From Thermoplasmata archaeon (GTDB taxonomy: Archaea > Thermoplasmatota > Thermoplasmata > Lutacidiplasmatales > UBA184): a DNA stretch of 64,000 bases. The notes beneath the pieces were generated by a model. The model saw only the letters and a program-made list of their open reading frames with translations, ran no database searches and was not told the DNA's origin. Below are positions 9,088 to 17,784 of the stretch, one piece after another. Location of the stretch: positions 1,474 through 65,473 of the forward strand of contig DASPSQ010000004.1 of NCBI GenBank assembly GCA_035623855.1, in the 5' to 3' direction. The position numbers were made by a program, and so were the translations under genes. Positions within the stretch are counted from its first letter, which is position 1, and each line of letters opens with the position of its first letter.

Positions 9088-9558
9088 TCATGGGTTCTTC
9101 GGAGGCTCGATCGGCTCGACGGAGACCGAGACTCCCTCCCCATGGACGATTCGCACCCGGGTGCCGGCAGGGATCGCCACGTTCGAGCGGGCCGACCAGA
9201 CCTCCGAGCGGACCCGGACCTTTCCTTTGAGGGTGTTCGGCACGATGTCCGCCACGACCATTGCCTCGTCCCCCACGAGACCCCCGCTCGTCGTCGCTAA
9301 CGGTCGATGCGTCGGCGCCACCCACCGATAGTACGGAATCTCGATCATCGCCCCGACGATCGCGGCCACGATGATCAACACGGGTCCAATGGCGCTGTCG
9401 AGAAGGATGTCAGGAAGGAAGAGGTAGAGGAACCCGGCGACCAAGAGGATTGAGCCCGGGATGATCAGGAGGGCGCCCGGATGGATGAGCTCCACGGCCA
9501 GGAGGATGATTCCCGCGATGACCAGAGTGACCCCGATGGCCGGGTCGATGGGCGACAT
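9088..9558 (-). CDS. NfeD-family membrane protein (stomatin operon partner)
   Basis: Three or four TM helices followed by an OB-fold-like C-terminus (GKVRVRSEVWSARSNVAIPAGTRVRIVHGEGVSVSVEP). Classic nfeD-stomatin gene order. Confidence 0.8.
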   Translation of the reverse strand: MSPIDPAIGVTLVIAGIILLAVELIHPGALLIIPGSILLVAGFLYLFLPDILLDSAIGPVLIIVAAIVGAMIEIPYYRWVAPTHRPLATTSGGLVGDEAMVVADIVPNTLKGKVRVRSEVWSARSNVAIPAGTRVRIVHGEGVSVSVEPIEPPKNP

Positions 9559-9616
9559 GCCTCGGACTGCTCAAAGGGCCACCGGGCGGATAAGTATGAC
9601 CCGGACGCCCGCATCC

Positions 9617-10189
9617 CTAGCGAATATAGCGTTCCGTGGTCGCAAGGTCGAACCGGGGGACGACCTTCAGCCGGCGACCGTCCCCGCGCGGGGCGAACGC
9701 GAGGAACGGAAACATCTGCCACAGGTCGCCCTCCGCCATCCGAGTGGCGACGTGATCGGGGCCGAAGGAGGACCGAGTCACATGGGCGGTGACCTGCCGG
9801 ACGGCCCGCTCGTCGAGGTACCCCAGCGAGTGGAGGTACTCGTGGGCGAGGATGACGTACACGAACGAGTTCAGCTCGAGAGTCGAGCGGGCGTGGGCCC
9901 GCATGGTCTCGACCAGTCCCTCGTTCATGACGATCAGGTTCCCGGTCACTTGCCAGTACGCCCCCAGCTGAGGCGGCAGGTTGGAGAGACCGAGGCCGAG
10001 ACCCGGTCGCTCGAGTCCCAGAGCGTACCGCACCGCCCCCCGGACGACCCGGAACACTGCATCGTAGTCCGCCGGGCCGTCGAGCAGATGGGCGAGGGGG
10101 AACGGAGGCGTCGAAGTCCCCGGCGAGGTGGGCCGGGACGATGGAGTGCCCACCGAACGGGCGGGGGCCGTGAGGAAGACGGGCCTCAT
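9617..10189 (-). CDS. Predicted small zinc metallopeptidase (HExxH)
   Basis: Only the C-terminal 190 aa of ORF 9617..11281 look like protein (VILAHEYLHSLGYLDE = HExxH). ATG at 10187-10189 has a TATA-like GATATAG at 10214-10220. Upstream, the track ORF runs antisense to rio1. Confidence 0.5.
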   Translation of the reverse strand: MRPVFLTAPARSVGTPSSRPTSPGTSTPPFPLAHLLDGPADYDAVFRVVRGAVRYALGLERPGLGLGLSNLPPQLGAYWQVTGNLIVMNEGLVETMRAHARSTLELNSFVYVILAHEYLHSLGYLDERAVRQVTAHVTRSSFGPDHVATRMAEGDLWQMFPFLAFAPRGDGRRLKVVPRFDLATTERYIR

Positions 10190-10330
10190 GGGTGGACCCA
10201 GCGACCTCGGCTGGATATAGGGTCGGTAACCCGGGCACCACGTGCCTACCCACTGGCCGAGGTCGATGTGAGAACGGTCGAGGGGCCCGGTGCACAATCC
10301 TATGAACGCGCTCCGGCTCGTCGACCTCTC

Positions 10331-11119
10331 ATGCCCCGTCCGGAGGACGTCGTCTTCCCGCGCCAGCGCGAACGGTTCGAGGACCGTCGCAAGGAGACCC
10401 ACCAGCACAAGCTCCTCGACGAGTTCTTCGATCACGGGACACTTCTCTCCGTCTCCCGGATGGTCAGCCACGGTCTCATCGACTCGATCGACTTTCCGAT
10501 CTCGACCGGGAAGGAAGGCGGCGTCTTCCGCGCGAGCAAAGGCCCCGAGTTTCGCGCCGTCAAGATCTACCGGATCAGCAACACGACGTTCCGCCATCTC
10601 CCACCTCATGCCCTTGAGGAGCTCCGGCGGGAGGCGAGTGTTCGGAACTTTGGGGGCCTGATCTATGCGTGGACGCGACGCGAGCACACGATCCTCGGAC
10701 GGCTGAAGGCGGCCGGCGTCCGGGCCCCGGAGCCCATCGGGCACTACCGGAACGTCCTGGTGATGGAGTTTATCGGGGACGCGGAGGGGGCCGCGCCACG
10801 CCTTCAGACTGCTGTCGTCACCGATCCCGACGCACTCTACGAGGACCTCGTCCTGCAGATTGGACGGATGGTCCGGGACGCCCGTCTCGTCCACGGCGAC
10901 CTCTCCCCATACAACGTGCTCTGGTTCCAGGACCGGGTCGTGATCATCGACGTCGCTCAGGCCGTCGCCCGGGAGCATCCGGCGGCCCCGTCGCTCCTGC
11001 GGCGCGACATCGGCCACTTCTCGAAGTTCCTTCGCCGGCTCGGCGTAGAGGTCGACCCCGAGGAGTTTCTGCGTCGCGTCGGAATCGATGAGGTCGGGCC
11101 ACCGAAGGAGGAGTACTAG
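10331..11119 (+). CDS. rio1: RIO-type serine/threonine protein kinase (Rio1)
   Basis: STGKEGGVFRA..., FRAVKIYR and LVHGDLSPYNVLW...VIIDVAQAV are RIO kinase motifs. Start taken at ATG 10331; the longer track ORF is antisense to other genes. Confidence 0.85.
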   Translation: MPRPEDVVFPRQRERFEDRRKETHQHKLLDEFFDHGTLLSVSRMVSHGLIDSIDFPISTGKEGGVFRASKGPEFRAVKIYRISNTTFRHLPPHALEELRREASVRNFGGLIYAWTRREHTILGRLKAAGVRAPEPIGHYRNVLVMEFIGDAEGAAPRLQTAVVTDPDALYEDLVLQIGRMVRDARLVHGDLSPYNVLWFQDRVVIIDVAQAVAREHPAAPSLLRRDIGHFSKFLRRLGVEVDPEEFLRRVGIDEVGPPKEEY

Positions 11120-11121
11120 CG

Positions 11122-11694
11122 ATGCCGGTGCTCTACGCGCGGGTTCCCGAGGACCGGATCGGCGCGGTGATCGGTCCGGGTGGTCGCACGAAGCGCGAGA
11201 TCGCGACGCGGACCGGGACAGAGGTCGACGTCGATACCGATGACGGCGAGGTACGTTTCGCGGGGCCCGATTCCGACCCAATGGGCGTCCTCAAGGCCCG
11301 CGACATCGTCCTCGCCATCGGTCGCGGCTTCTCCCCTGAACGCGCGTTTCGGCTCCTCAAGGAAAACACGTTCCTCGGCGTGCTCGACATCAAGTTCACG
11401 ACCGGCCACCGGGAGAAGTCGTCGCTGCGTCGGATCCGTGCGCGGGCCATCGGCACCCGCGGCAAAGCCCGGAGCCGGATCGAGGAGCTCTCAGGGTGCT
11501 CGATGAGCGTCTACGGGTCGACCGTCGCGCTGATCGGAGAAGAGGAGCAGCTCGAGCGAGCGACCCGCGCGGTCGAATTGCTCCTGCGCGGAAGCGAGCA
11601 TTCCACGGTATTCCAGTACCTCGCCCGAGCGAGGCGCGAGGCGGCGCTCGACGATGCCACACGAGGATCCCGCGCCCCGGACTCCGAGGCGTAG
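11122..11694 (+). CDS. KH-domain RNA-binding protein, archaeal Dim2/Pno1-like
   Basis: RIGAVIGPGGRTKREI (GXXG KH motif) and a second KH-like segment (GTRGKARSRIEELSG). Lies 2 nt after rio1, a conserved archaeal pairing. Confidence 0.8.
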   Translation: MPVLYARVPEDRIGAVIGPGGRTKREIATRTGTEVDVDTDDGEVRFAGPDSDPMGVLKARDIVLAIGRGFSPERAFRLLKENTFLGVLDIKFTTGHREKSSLRRIRARAIGTRGKARSRIEELSGCSMSVYGSTVALIGEEEQLERATRAVELLLRGSEHSTVFQYLARARREAALDDATRGSRAPDSEA

Positions 11695-11696
11695 CT

Positions 11697-12965
11697 TTGG
11701 CGAAGACGGTCGTCCTCGCGGGTCCGACGCTCGAATGGGCACGCTCGATCTTCGCCCGGTACTATGCGCTCGGTTCCGTCTCGCCCCCGAGCCGGTTGAA
11801 CCGACGCGAATTCGCCGCCTTCCCGTTCACCGCGGAGACGATGATGCGTCGCCATGCGACCCTGCGGACGCCCCAGGAGTTCCGCGCGTTCCTCACCCGC
11901 GAGGCGCCGCGGCATGTGTACTATTCCTCCGCGTACTACCGGCATCCGGCCGAGACCTCGATGGCGGCCAAGGAGTGGCTCGGCGCCGACCTCATCTTCG
12001 ACCTCGACTCCGACCACCTTCGTGGGGCCGAAGCTCTCGACTACGCGGGCCAGCTCCGGCTCGTCAAGACCCGTCTCACGGAACTCGTCGACGACTTCTT
12101 GTTCGGCGATTTCGGGATCGACCCTCGCTCGACGGACTTCGTTTTCTCCGGCGGACGGGGCTACCACGTCCACGTCCATGACGCGCGGTTCCTCTCGCTG
12201 ACGAGCCCCGAGCGGCGCGAGCTGGTCGACTACATCCTCGGGACGGGGTTCGACCCCATGCGAGCGGTGGAGGAGCGCCGGGAGGACGTCCGCTCGGGCC
12301 GGAGCTCCGGCGAGCTGGAGGAGGGCGGGGCGACCTCCCCGGCGGGCCGGCGCGAGGTCCCCCGTCTGCGGGCCCTCGCCCCTCCCGATGCTCCCGGATG
12401 GAGGGGTCGGACCACTCGCGCGCTCCTCGCCGTCCTCGCGCGGTGGGAGCAGTCGGGGAGCGACGCCGCGGCGGAGGAGATGATCGGCTACGGGATCCCT
12501 CGTGCCAAGGCCCGGCACTGGGCGAAGGTGCTGGTGGAGAACGGAGGCGCGGCCCGCATCCGCAGCTCGTTGACGCTGGACGTCTTCCGCCACCCCCTCC
12601 CTCCCGAGGTCCTCGAGGCGGTCGTCGGACGTGCCAAGATCGAGGTCCAGGGGGAGACGGACGCGCCGGTCACGACCGATATCCACCGCCTGATCCGGCT
12701 TCCGAACTCGCTGCACGGTGGGACGGGGCTTCGGGTCGTTCCCCTCGACCGGGACGCGATCACCGGGTTCGATCCATTCTCCGACGCGCTCCTCCCCGCG
12801 GAGGAAGACGGAACGACGCCCATCACATTCCGCGAGGAGGTCCGGTACCCCTTCCCACCGTCGGGAGTCTCGGGTTCACCGGGGACGACCGACGAGCTGC
12901 CTACGCCGCTGGCGCTGTTTTTGGTGCTGCGGGGGGAGGCAGAGCTTCGGCTTTCACCGGCATGA
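11697..12965 (+). CDS. priS: DNA primase small (catalytic) subunit PriS
   Basis: REFAAFPF, YYSSAYY, DLIFDLDSDH and GGRGYHVHVHD motifs. The first ATG would delete conserved N-terminal sequence, so the in-frame TTG at 11697 (2 nt after the dim2 stop) is proposed as the start. Confidence 0.82.
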   Translation: MAKTVVLAGPTLEWARSIFARYYALGSVSPPSRLNRREFAAFPFTAETMMRRHATLRTPQEFRAFLTREAPRHVYYSSAYYRHPAETSMAAKEWLGADLIFDLDSDHLRGAEALDYAGQLRLVKTRLTELVDDFLFGDFGIDPRSTDFVFSGGRGYHVHVHDARFLSLTSPERRELVDYILGTGFDPMRAVEERREDVRSGRSSGELEEGGATSPAGRREVPRLRALAPPDAPGWRGRTTRALLAVLARWEQSGSDAAAEEMIGYGIPRAKARHWAKVLVENGGAARIRSSLTLDVFRHPLPPEVLEAVVGRAKIEVQGETDAPVTTDIHRLIRLPNSLHGGTGLRVVPLDRDAITGFDPFSDALLPAEEDGTTPITFREEVRYPFPPSGVSGSPGTTDELPTPLALFLVLRGEAELRLSPA

Positions 12966-13905
12966 CCAGGCGGCCGACCTTCTCGATCGACGCCTCGATG
13001 GAATCGCCGGGTTTCAGCGTCCTCGATACGTTCCCAAACTCGAACCCCGGGACCCCGCCGAGGCTCCCGAGCGACAGGACGTCGCCCGGGAGGAACGTGA
13101 TCCCGAGGGAGAGGTGCGCGAGGATCTCGGGGATCCGGAAGATGTAGTCCGACGTGTCGCCTTTCTGACGGGTCACGCCACCGACCTTGAGCTCCATCGC
13201 AAGGGGGTACGGTTCGCCAATCTCCTCCTTCGGGACGACCCAGGGCCCCACCGCCATCGTCGCATCGAACCCCTTGCCCATCACCCAGTCCACCGGCCCC
13301 TCGGCGGGGTACTGGAGATCCCGGTAGCCCATGTCGAGCGCGATCGTGAAGCCCGCGACGTGCTCCATCGCGGTCTCGGCCGGGATCCTCTTTCCGGCCT
13401 TGCCGATGATCGCCGCCAGCTCGAGCTCGACATCGGGGAAGGTCCCCGCGGGATTCAGCACGAGGCTTTCGCTCGGTCCGACGAGGCTGTTGAAGAAGCG
13501 GGGAAAGACGTACGGCTGCTTCGGGAGGGGCTTTCCCTGCTCGAGGACGTGAGATCGGGAGTTCGAGGCGAGGCAGTAGATCTTCGATCCGTGGACGACC
13601 GGGGCGAGCAGTTTGACCCCCTCCTCGGGCTTGAACAGGTATCGGGCCCCGGTCGCTGCCCGCGGCGTCCAGCCCATCTGGCGCCGTCGGTCGATGTACT
13701 CCTGGATCTTGCGCGTGAGTTGAACGGAGTCCGCCCCACCCGAGAAGAACTGCTGCATGTCGCGGAACCGGCTCGGGTCGGCCCCCTTGACGGGGTTGAC
13801 CCCATAGTAGTCCCGGCACGCCGTGTCGAGGTCGATGAATTCGTTGGCGTCGGTGATCATTCCGAAGTGGAACTGGTCCTGGAGAGAGAAGTGGACGAGC
13901 TTCAT
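12901..13905 (-). CDS. Fumarylacetoacetate hydrolase (FAH) family protein
   Basis: C-terminal 334 aa of ORF 12901..15135 (MKLVHFSL...ELELAAIIGKAGKRI...GFTIALDM...GDVLSLGSLGG) match the FAH fold-family pattern. ATG at 13903-13905. Confidence 0.85.
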   Translation of the reverse strand: MKLVHFSLQDQFHFGMITDANEFIDLDTACRDYYGVNPVKGADPSRFRDMQQFFSGGADSVQLTRKIQEYIDRRRQMGWTPRAATGARYLFKPEEGVKLLAPVVHGSKIYCLASNSRSHVLEQGKPLPKQPYVFPRFFNSLVGPSESLVLNPAGTFPDVELELAAIIGKAGKRIPAETAMEHVAGFTIALDMGYRDLQYPAEGPVDWVMGKGFDATMAVGPWVVPKEEIGEPYPLAMELKVGGVTRQKGDTSDYIFRIPEILAHLSLGITFLPGDVLSLGSLGGVPGFEFGNVSRTLKPGDSIEASIEKVGRLVMPVKAEALPPPAAPKTAPAA

Positions 13906-14018
13906 CGCGCGCCGCCTCGCGCCCGGGAACGCTCGTCCTTGATAACGAATGCGCGGGGGGGCCCCTACTCGGGGGAGGACGGCGCGCGCCGCGGGGCGCA
14001 CCCGCCCAGCGCTCCAAA

Positions 14019-14405
14019 TCAGAAGAAGTGACGGCTCACCGCGATCAGGTAGACGAAGATGATGAGCGAGAGGATGAATCCGAGCGAGATGAAATCGTGG
14101 GCGAGCCCGTAGATCGCGAGCTCGATGAACGTCACGATCAGGGCCAGGACGAGGGCCCAGAGGCGCAGCCGCCAGAGCGCAACCGCCACGCCCAGGATGA
14201 TGAGGCCGATCACCACCACGATGAGGCCGAGGACGACCCCCGAGTACCCGCCCAGCTGGGAGATCCCGATGTAGGAGCTCACTGCGACCCCGGCGAGAAC
14301 GAGGAGACCCGCCAGGAAGACCAGGAAACCGTAGATCCCGACGAGGACGGAAAGGATCGCCACTCCGAGCGGCCGGGACCGAGCCGGTGGATAGTATCCG
14401 CCCAT
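14019..14405 (-). CDS. Small four-TM membrane protein, function unknown
   Basis: 128 aa that are almost entirely hydrophobic helices. High GC3 in frame. Confidence 0.6.
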   Translation of the reverse strand: MGGYYPPARSRPLGVAILSVLVGIYGFLVFLAGLLVLAGVAVSSYIGISQLGGYSGVVLGLIVVVIGLIILGVAVALWRLRLWALVLALIVTFIELAIYGLAHDFISLGFILSLIIFVYLIAVSRHFF

Positions 14406-14435
14406 ACCGGCGCGAAATCACCGTGTCATCGGATA

Positions 14436-15176
14436 TCAAGTTTTGTCCGAGCGCGGAGTCACCGCCCCCGTTTCCGAGGGGGCAGGGGGCAAGGTGGAAG
14501 AGATCTTCCGGGGTACATACGTTGCGACGAATCCTTCCCCCATGGGTTCGAGGCCGACGAGGTCCATCTCGATTTCCTCCTCCGGTCGGTGGGTCTCGAG
14601 GCCCGAAACGACCGGCGGAGCTGTCGCGCCCCCGACCACCACCGGCGCGTAGTAGATCGTGAACCGGTCGAACAGGCGAGCGCGCAGGACGCTCGAGAGG
14701 ATCTCGGCACCTCCCTCGACCATCAGACGTCGGATCCCGAGCTCGTAGAGCAGGGGGAACAGCTCGCCGAAATCGACCTTCTCCTTCCCGACGACGATCG
14801 TGTGGACGGTGGGGGGGAACGTTCGGTGCGACCGCTCCGACGTCGCGAGGATCGTCGGAGCCGAGCCGTCCAACACCCGGGCGTTCTCGGGGGTCCGGCC
14901 GCTCGCGTCCACGATCACGCGCGTGGGGTTGCGCCCGGGAGGTTCCCCGAGAAGCTCCCAGTGCACCCGGAGGGACGGGTCGTCCTTGATGACCGTTCCG
15001 ACGCCGATGAGAATCGCATCGGCGTGCGCACGGAGCTTCTGGACCCGCACGAGATCCTCGGTCGAGGAGAATCGCGCCCGGAGGCCGCCGGCCAGGGCGA
15101 GCCGTCCATCGAGGGACGCGGCGCAGTTCACCCACACCGCCGGTCGCCGTGCCGGGAACGCACCGGGAGCCACCAT
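14436..15176 (-). CDS. 2,5-diamino-6-ribosylamino-4(3H)-pyrimidinone 5-phosphate reductase (RibD C-terminal-domain type, riboflavin biosynthesis)
   Basis: VNCAASLDGRLA..., HADAILIGVGTVIKDDPSL, RVIVD and LMVEGGAEILSSVL motifs. ATG at 15174-15176. Confidence 0.8.
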   Translation of the reverse strand: MVAPGAFPARRPAVWVNCAASLDGRLALAGGLRARFSSTEDLVRVQKLRAHADAILIGVGTVIKDDPSLRVHWELLGEPPGRNPTRVIVDASGRTPENARVLDGSAPTILATSERSHRTFPPTVHTIVVGKEKVDFGELFPLLYELGIRRLMVEGGAEILSSVLRARLFDRFTIYYAPVVVGGATAPPVVSGLETHRPEEEIEMDLVGLEPMGEGFVATYVPRKISSTLPPAPSETGAVTPRSDKT

Positions 15177-15199
15177 CGTCGAGCGTCCGCCGTGGTCCG

Positions 15200-16675
15200 T
15201 CAGCCCGCGGTCGTCAGGCGCGCGATCTCGGCCTCGAGCGCGTCGATCGGCTCCCCGGCGGCTTTCAGGTCCTCGAGGTTGATCGCGACATTCGCGAGCG
15301 CGCCTTCCGCAGCCGCCCGGAACATCGCGAGCGAGGTCACAAGGTCGCTCGCGAGCGCTGCCCGGGTCCGGGTACGGACCGCGTCGAGCCGTCCGGCGAG
15401 CTCGCGCGCCCTCCGAGCGGTCTCGAGAGGGACCTCCGCGGCATGGCGGACCGCCGCGATGTACGCGGGCTGCGCGCCGGGATCGTTCGGCCGGTCCTTG
15501 CATGCGCGTTTTGCGCTCCGGACCCCGTCATACGACGCCGCATCCTCGTCCGCGAGCTCGAGAAACCGACGGCGTCCCTCGGTAAGTCTCCGGGAGGCCT
15601 CCACGAGGTCCTCCGCAGGCTTCGTCGGGTCGATCGAGTACGCGAGGACCATCTCTCCGAGGGCGGCGGCGAGTGCGCCGACCACTCCGGCCGCGGCGCC
15701 GCCCCCGGGAGTCGGGGTCCGGGCGGCGAGCCGGGTCGAGAACGACGCGATCGATTCGTGGCCGGGGACCGAGGCGTCCACCCCCCGGACCTTCCGCTCG
15801 AGGATTTGCCCCCGGTCGAACGAATGGAGCTGAAGATAGTACTCGGCAGCGTCGAAAAGAGCGTCCTCGGGAACAAGCCCGACGACCTCGGACTCCTCGA
15901 CCGAGACCCCGTAGCGCGCCGCCTCACGGCGGACGGACTCGAGCGCCCGGTGGACGGGTGTCACTCGGTAGTCCGTGAGGTTCATCGAGACCTGCGCGCG
16001 GTTCCGTTCCTTGATCTCGAAACCGAGCGCTTTCACTTCGGGGAGGCCGCCGTCCCGGGCGCGGACCGCCCTCGCGACCTTCTTCGCGATCGCGACGTCC
16101 GGCGTGGAAAGGTAGGCATTGTACGCGATCAGGATCGGGCGCGCGCCGATCGCGACCGCGCCGGCGGTCGGGTGGATCTTTGCCTCCCCGAAGTCCGGGA
16201 GGCGGGCCGGATCGGTCGCGATCGAGTCGCGGATTCCCTCGAACTCCCCCGCGCGGACGTTGGCGAGATCGGCGCGTTCCGGCCGGCGAGCGGCGGCGGC
16301 ATAGAGGTAGACCGGGATTCCGAGATCCTTTGCGACGCGCTCCCCGAGGCGTTCGGCGAGCTTCACGGCGTCCGCCATCGTCGACGACCCGAGGGGGACG
16401 AACGGTACGACGTCCGTCGCCCCCATCCGGGGGTGCTCTCCGTGGTGCTGGGTGAGGTCGATCGTCGCGGTCGCGACCCGCATCATCCGAAGGACCGCCT
16501 CGATGAGGGCGTCCCCTTCCCCGACCAGGCTGATGACGCACCGGTGATGGTCCGCATTCCGCTCCACGTCGAGGACCGTGACATCCGGCACCTCGCGGGC
16601 CGCGGCGGCGATCCGCTCGATCTTGGCCGGGTCCCGTCCTTCGGAGAAGTTCGGCACGCATTCGAATCGGCTCAT
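15200..16675 (-). CDS. Glutamate formimidoyltransferase / formimidoyltetrahydrofolate cyclodeaminase fusion (FTCD-like)
   Basis: The N-terminus MSRFECVPNFSEGRD... is the formiminotransferase signature. The C-terminal 180 aa (TPTPGGGAAAGVVGALAAALGEMV) are cyclodeaminase-like. Confidence 0.85.
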   Translation of the reverse strand: MSRFECVPNFSEGRDPAKIERIAAAAREVPDVTVLDVERNADHHRCVISLVGEGDALIEAVLRMMRVATATIDLTQHHGEHPRMGATDVVPFVPLGSSTMADAVKLAERLGERVAKDLGIPVYLYAAAARRPERADLANVRAGEFEGIRDSIATDPARLPDFGEAKIHPTAGAVAIGARPILIAYNAYLSTPDVAIAKKVARAVRARDGGLPEVKALGFEIKERNRAQVSMNLTDYRVTPVHRALESVRREAARYGVSVEESEVVGLVPEDALFDAAEYYLQLHSFDRGQILERKVRGVDASVPGHESIASFSTRLAARTPTPGGGAAAGVVGALAAALGEMVLAYSIDPTKPAEDLVEASRRLTEGRRRFLELADEDAASYDGVRSAKRACKDRPNDPGAQPAYIAAVRHAAEVPLETARRARELAGRLDAVRTRTRAALASDLVTSLAMFRAAAEGALANVAINLEDLKAAGEPIDALEAEIARLTTAG

Positions 16676-17706
16676 GAGCTCTTGCCTCCAAACGTTTCGA
16701 GCAGGGTCTGGTGCGCGCGGGTCTCGGCCGGGGTCGCCCGCGGACCCGGCCGCTGGCGGGCCCGTCCGATCGCCGCGCGGACCCTCGCCTCCGCAAATCC
16801 GTGCTCGTCCACGAGCAGCCGGAGCACCGCTGCCTCATCGACCGGACCGAACGGTGGCGGAGGGACGTCGGTCGCGGTCGGGTGACGGAAGATTTCGGCC
16901 ACCTCCCGTGCCTCCTTCGGATCGAGGCCGACCTTCGCGAGGGTCGCGTCGAACCCCAGGTGCTGCTGGACGAGCTTGAGCGCTTTTTTCGGGCCGTACC
17001 CGCGGACTCCGTCGTTGAAGTCGGTGCCGACGATGAGGCCCAGGAGGATGAGTTCGTCCCCGTCGATCCCGAGCGACGCGAGCAGTTCGTTCCGGTCAAT
17101 GAGCTGGGCCGCCGGCGCACCTCCCCCCGCGCCCCGAGCGGCGAGACCCCGAACGAGGCGAGGGGCTCCGAACAGCAGGGTATCGTAGTCCTCCGATGCG
17201 GAGGCCCAGACCGCGCCCTGGGACGCCATGAACGCCGCTTGGGCCTCTCCCTCCCCCGGGGCCTGAATCGCCGGCACTCCCAGGGCGGCGAGGAGCCGCA
17301 TCAGCTCCTCGGCCATCGGCCGAGTCAGTCGGGAAGTTTGGGCCGCACGGCGCCGTGCGGTCTCGAGATCCCCGGCGGCGAGGGCGGCCTGCCATTGCTC
17401 CTCGGCCTTCTCCTTCGCCTCGATCCGTTGCCGGATCGTGCCGGCCTTACGTTCCGGGGGCCTCCCATCGAACACCCAGAGGGGGAGGATCCCCTCTCGA
17501 AGGAGCGAGGTCGTACGGTAGAAAACCCCGACCAGGTGGCTCGTGACCCGGCCCTCGGCGTCTGTGAAGAGCTGGCCGTCCCGCTGGCGGATCGTCGCGA
17601 GGAACTGGTACGCGGCGTTGAACCCGTCGACCGCCAGCGTGCGGCCCGAGAGCGCCTCCCACGGGAGCTGCTGCGCGGTGACGATATCCTTCAGCGGCAG
17701 CCCCAC
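16672..17706 (-). CDS. fen: Flap endonuclease 1
   Basis: LAVDGFNAAYQFL, TSHLVGVFYRT, PLWVFDG, GEGEAQAA and SEDYDTLLFG motifs. GTG start at 17704-17706; the stop overlaps the FTCD ATG (ATGA). Confidence 0.92.
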   Translation of the reverse strand: MGLPLKDIVTAQQLPWEALSGRTLAVDGFNAAYQFLATIRQRDGQLFTDAEGRVTSHLVGVFYRTTSLLREGILPLWVFDGRPPERKAGTIRQRIEAKEKAEEQWQAALAAGDLETARRRAAQTSRLTRPMAEELMRLLAALGVPAIQAPGEGEAQAAFMASQGAVWASASEDYDTLLFGAPRLVRGLAARGAGGGAPAAQLIDRNELLASLGIDGDELILLGLIVGTDFNDGVRGYGPKKALKLVQQHLGFDATLAKVGLDPKEAREVAEIFRHPTATDVPPPPFGPVDEAAVLRLLVDEHGFAEARVRAAIGRARQRPGPRATPAETRAHQTLLETFGGKSS

Positions 17707-17726
17707 GGCGCTCGTCGAGCGGCGCG

Positions 17727-17734
17727 AAGTATTT
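17727..17734 (-). promoter_or_regulatory. TATA-like element for fen (AAATACTT on the minus strand)
   Basis: About 26 nt upstream of the fen start codon. Confidence 0.3.
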
Positions 17735-17784
17735 GCGGTTGTGGGCCCGGCGGCCTCGCACGAGATAGGCTATAGTCTCTCGAA

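Noticed and set aside
9461-10330. N-terminal 290 aa of track ORF 9461..11119 (would make a 552-aa Rio kinase). The N-terminal 364 aa of ORF 9617..11281 are a similar case.
   Set aside because: The extensions overlap the NfeD and HExxH genes (or rio1) on the other strand and are low-complexity. Conserved Rio1 and HExxH sequence begins at the internal ATGs 10331 and 10189.
14028-15833. 601-aa + strand ORF. Similar long ORFs occur at 41916..43337 (+), 47382..49067 (-), 50077..52353 (+), 56233..57501 (-) and 15924..17120 (-).
   Set aside because: All lie opposite or out of frame to genes with clear family signatures. None has recognisable motifs. Treated as GC-driven shadow ORFs.
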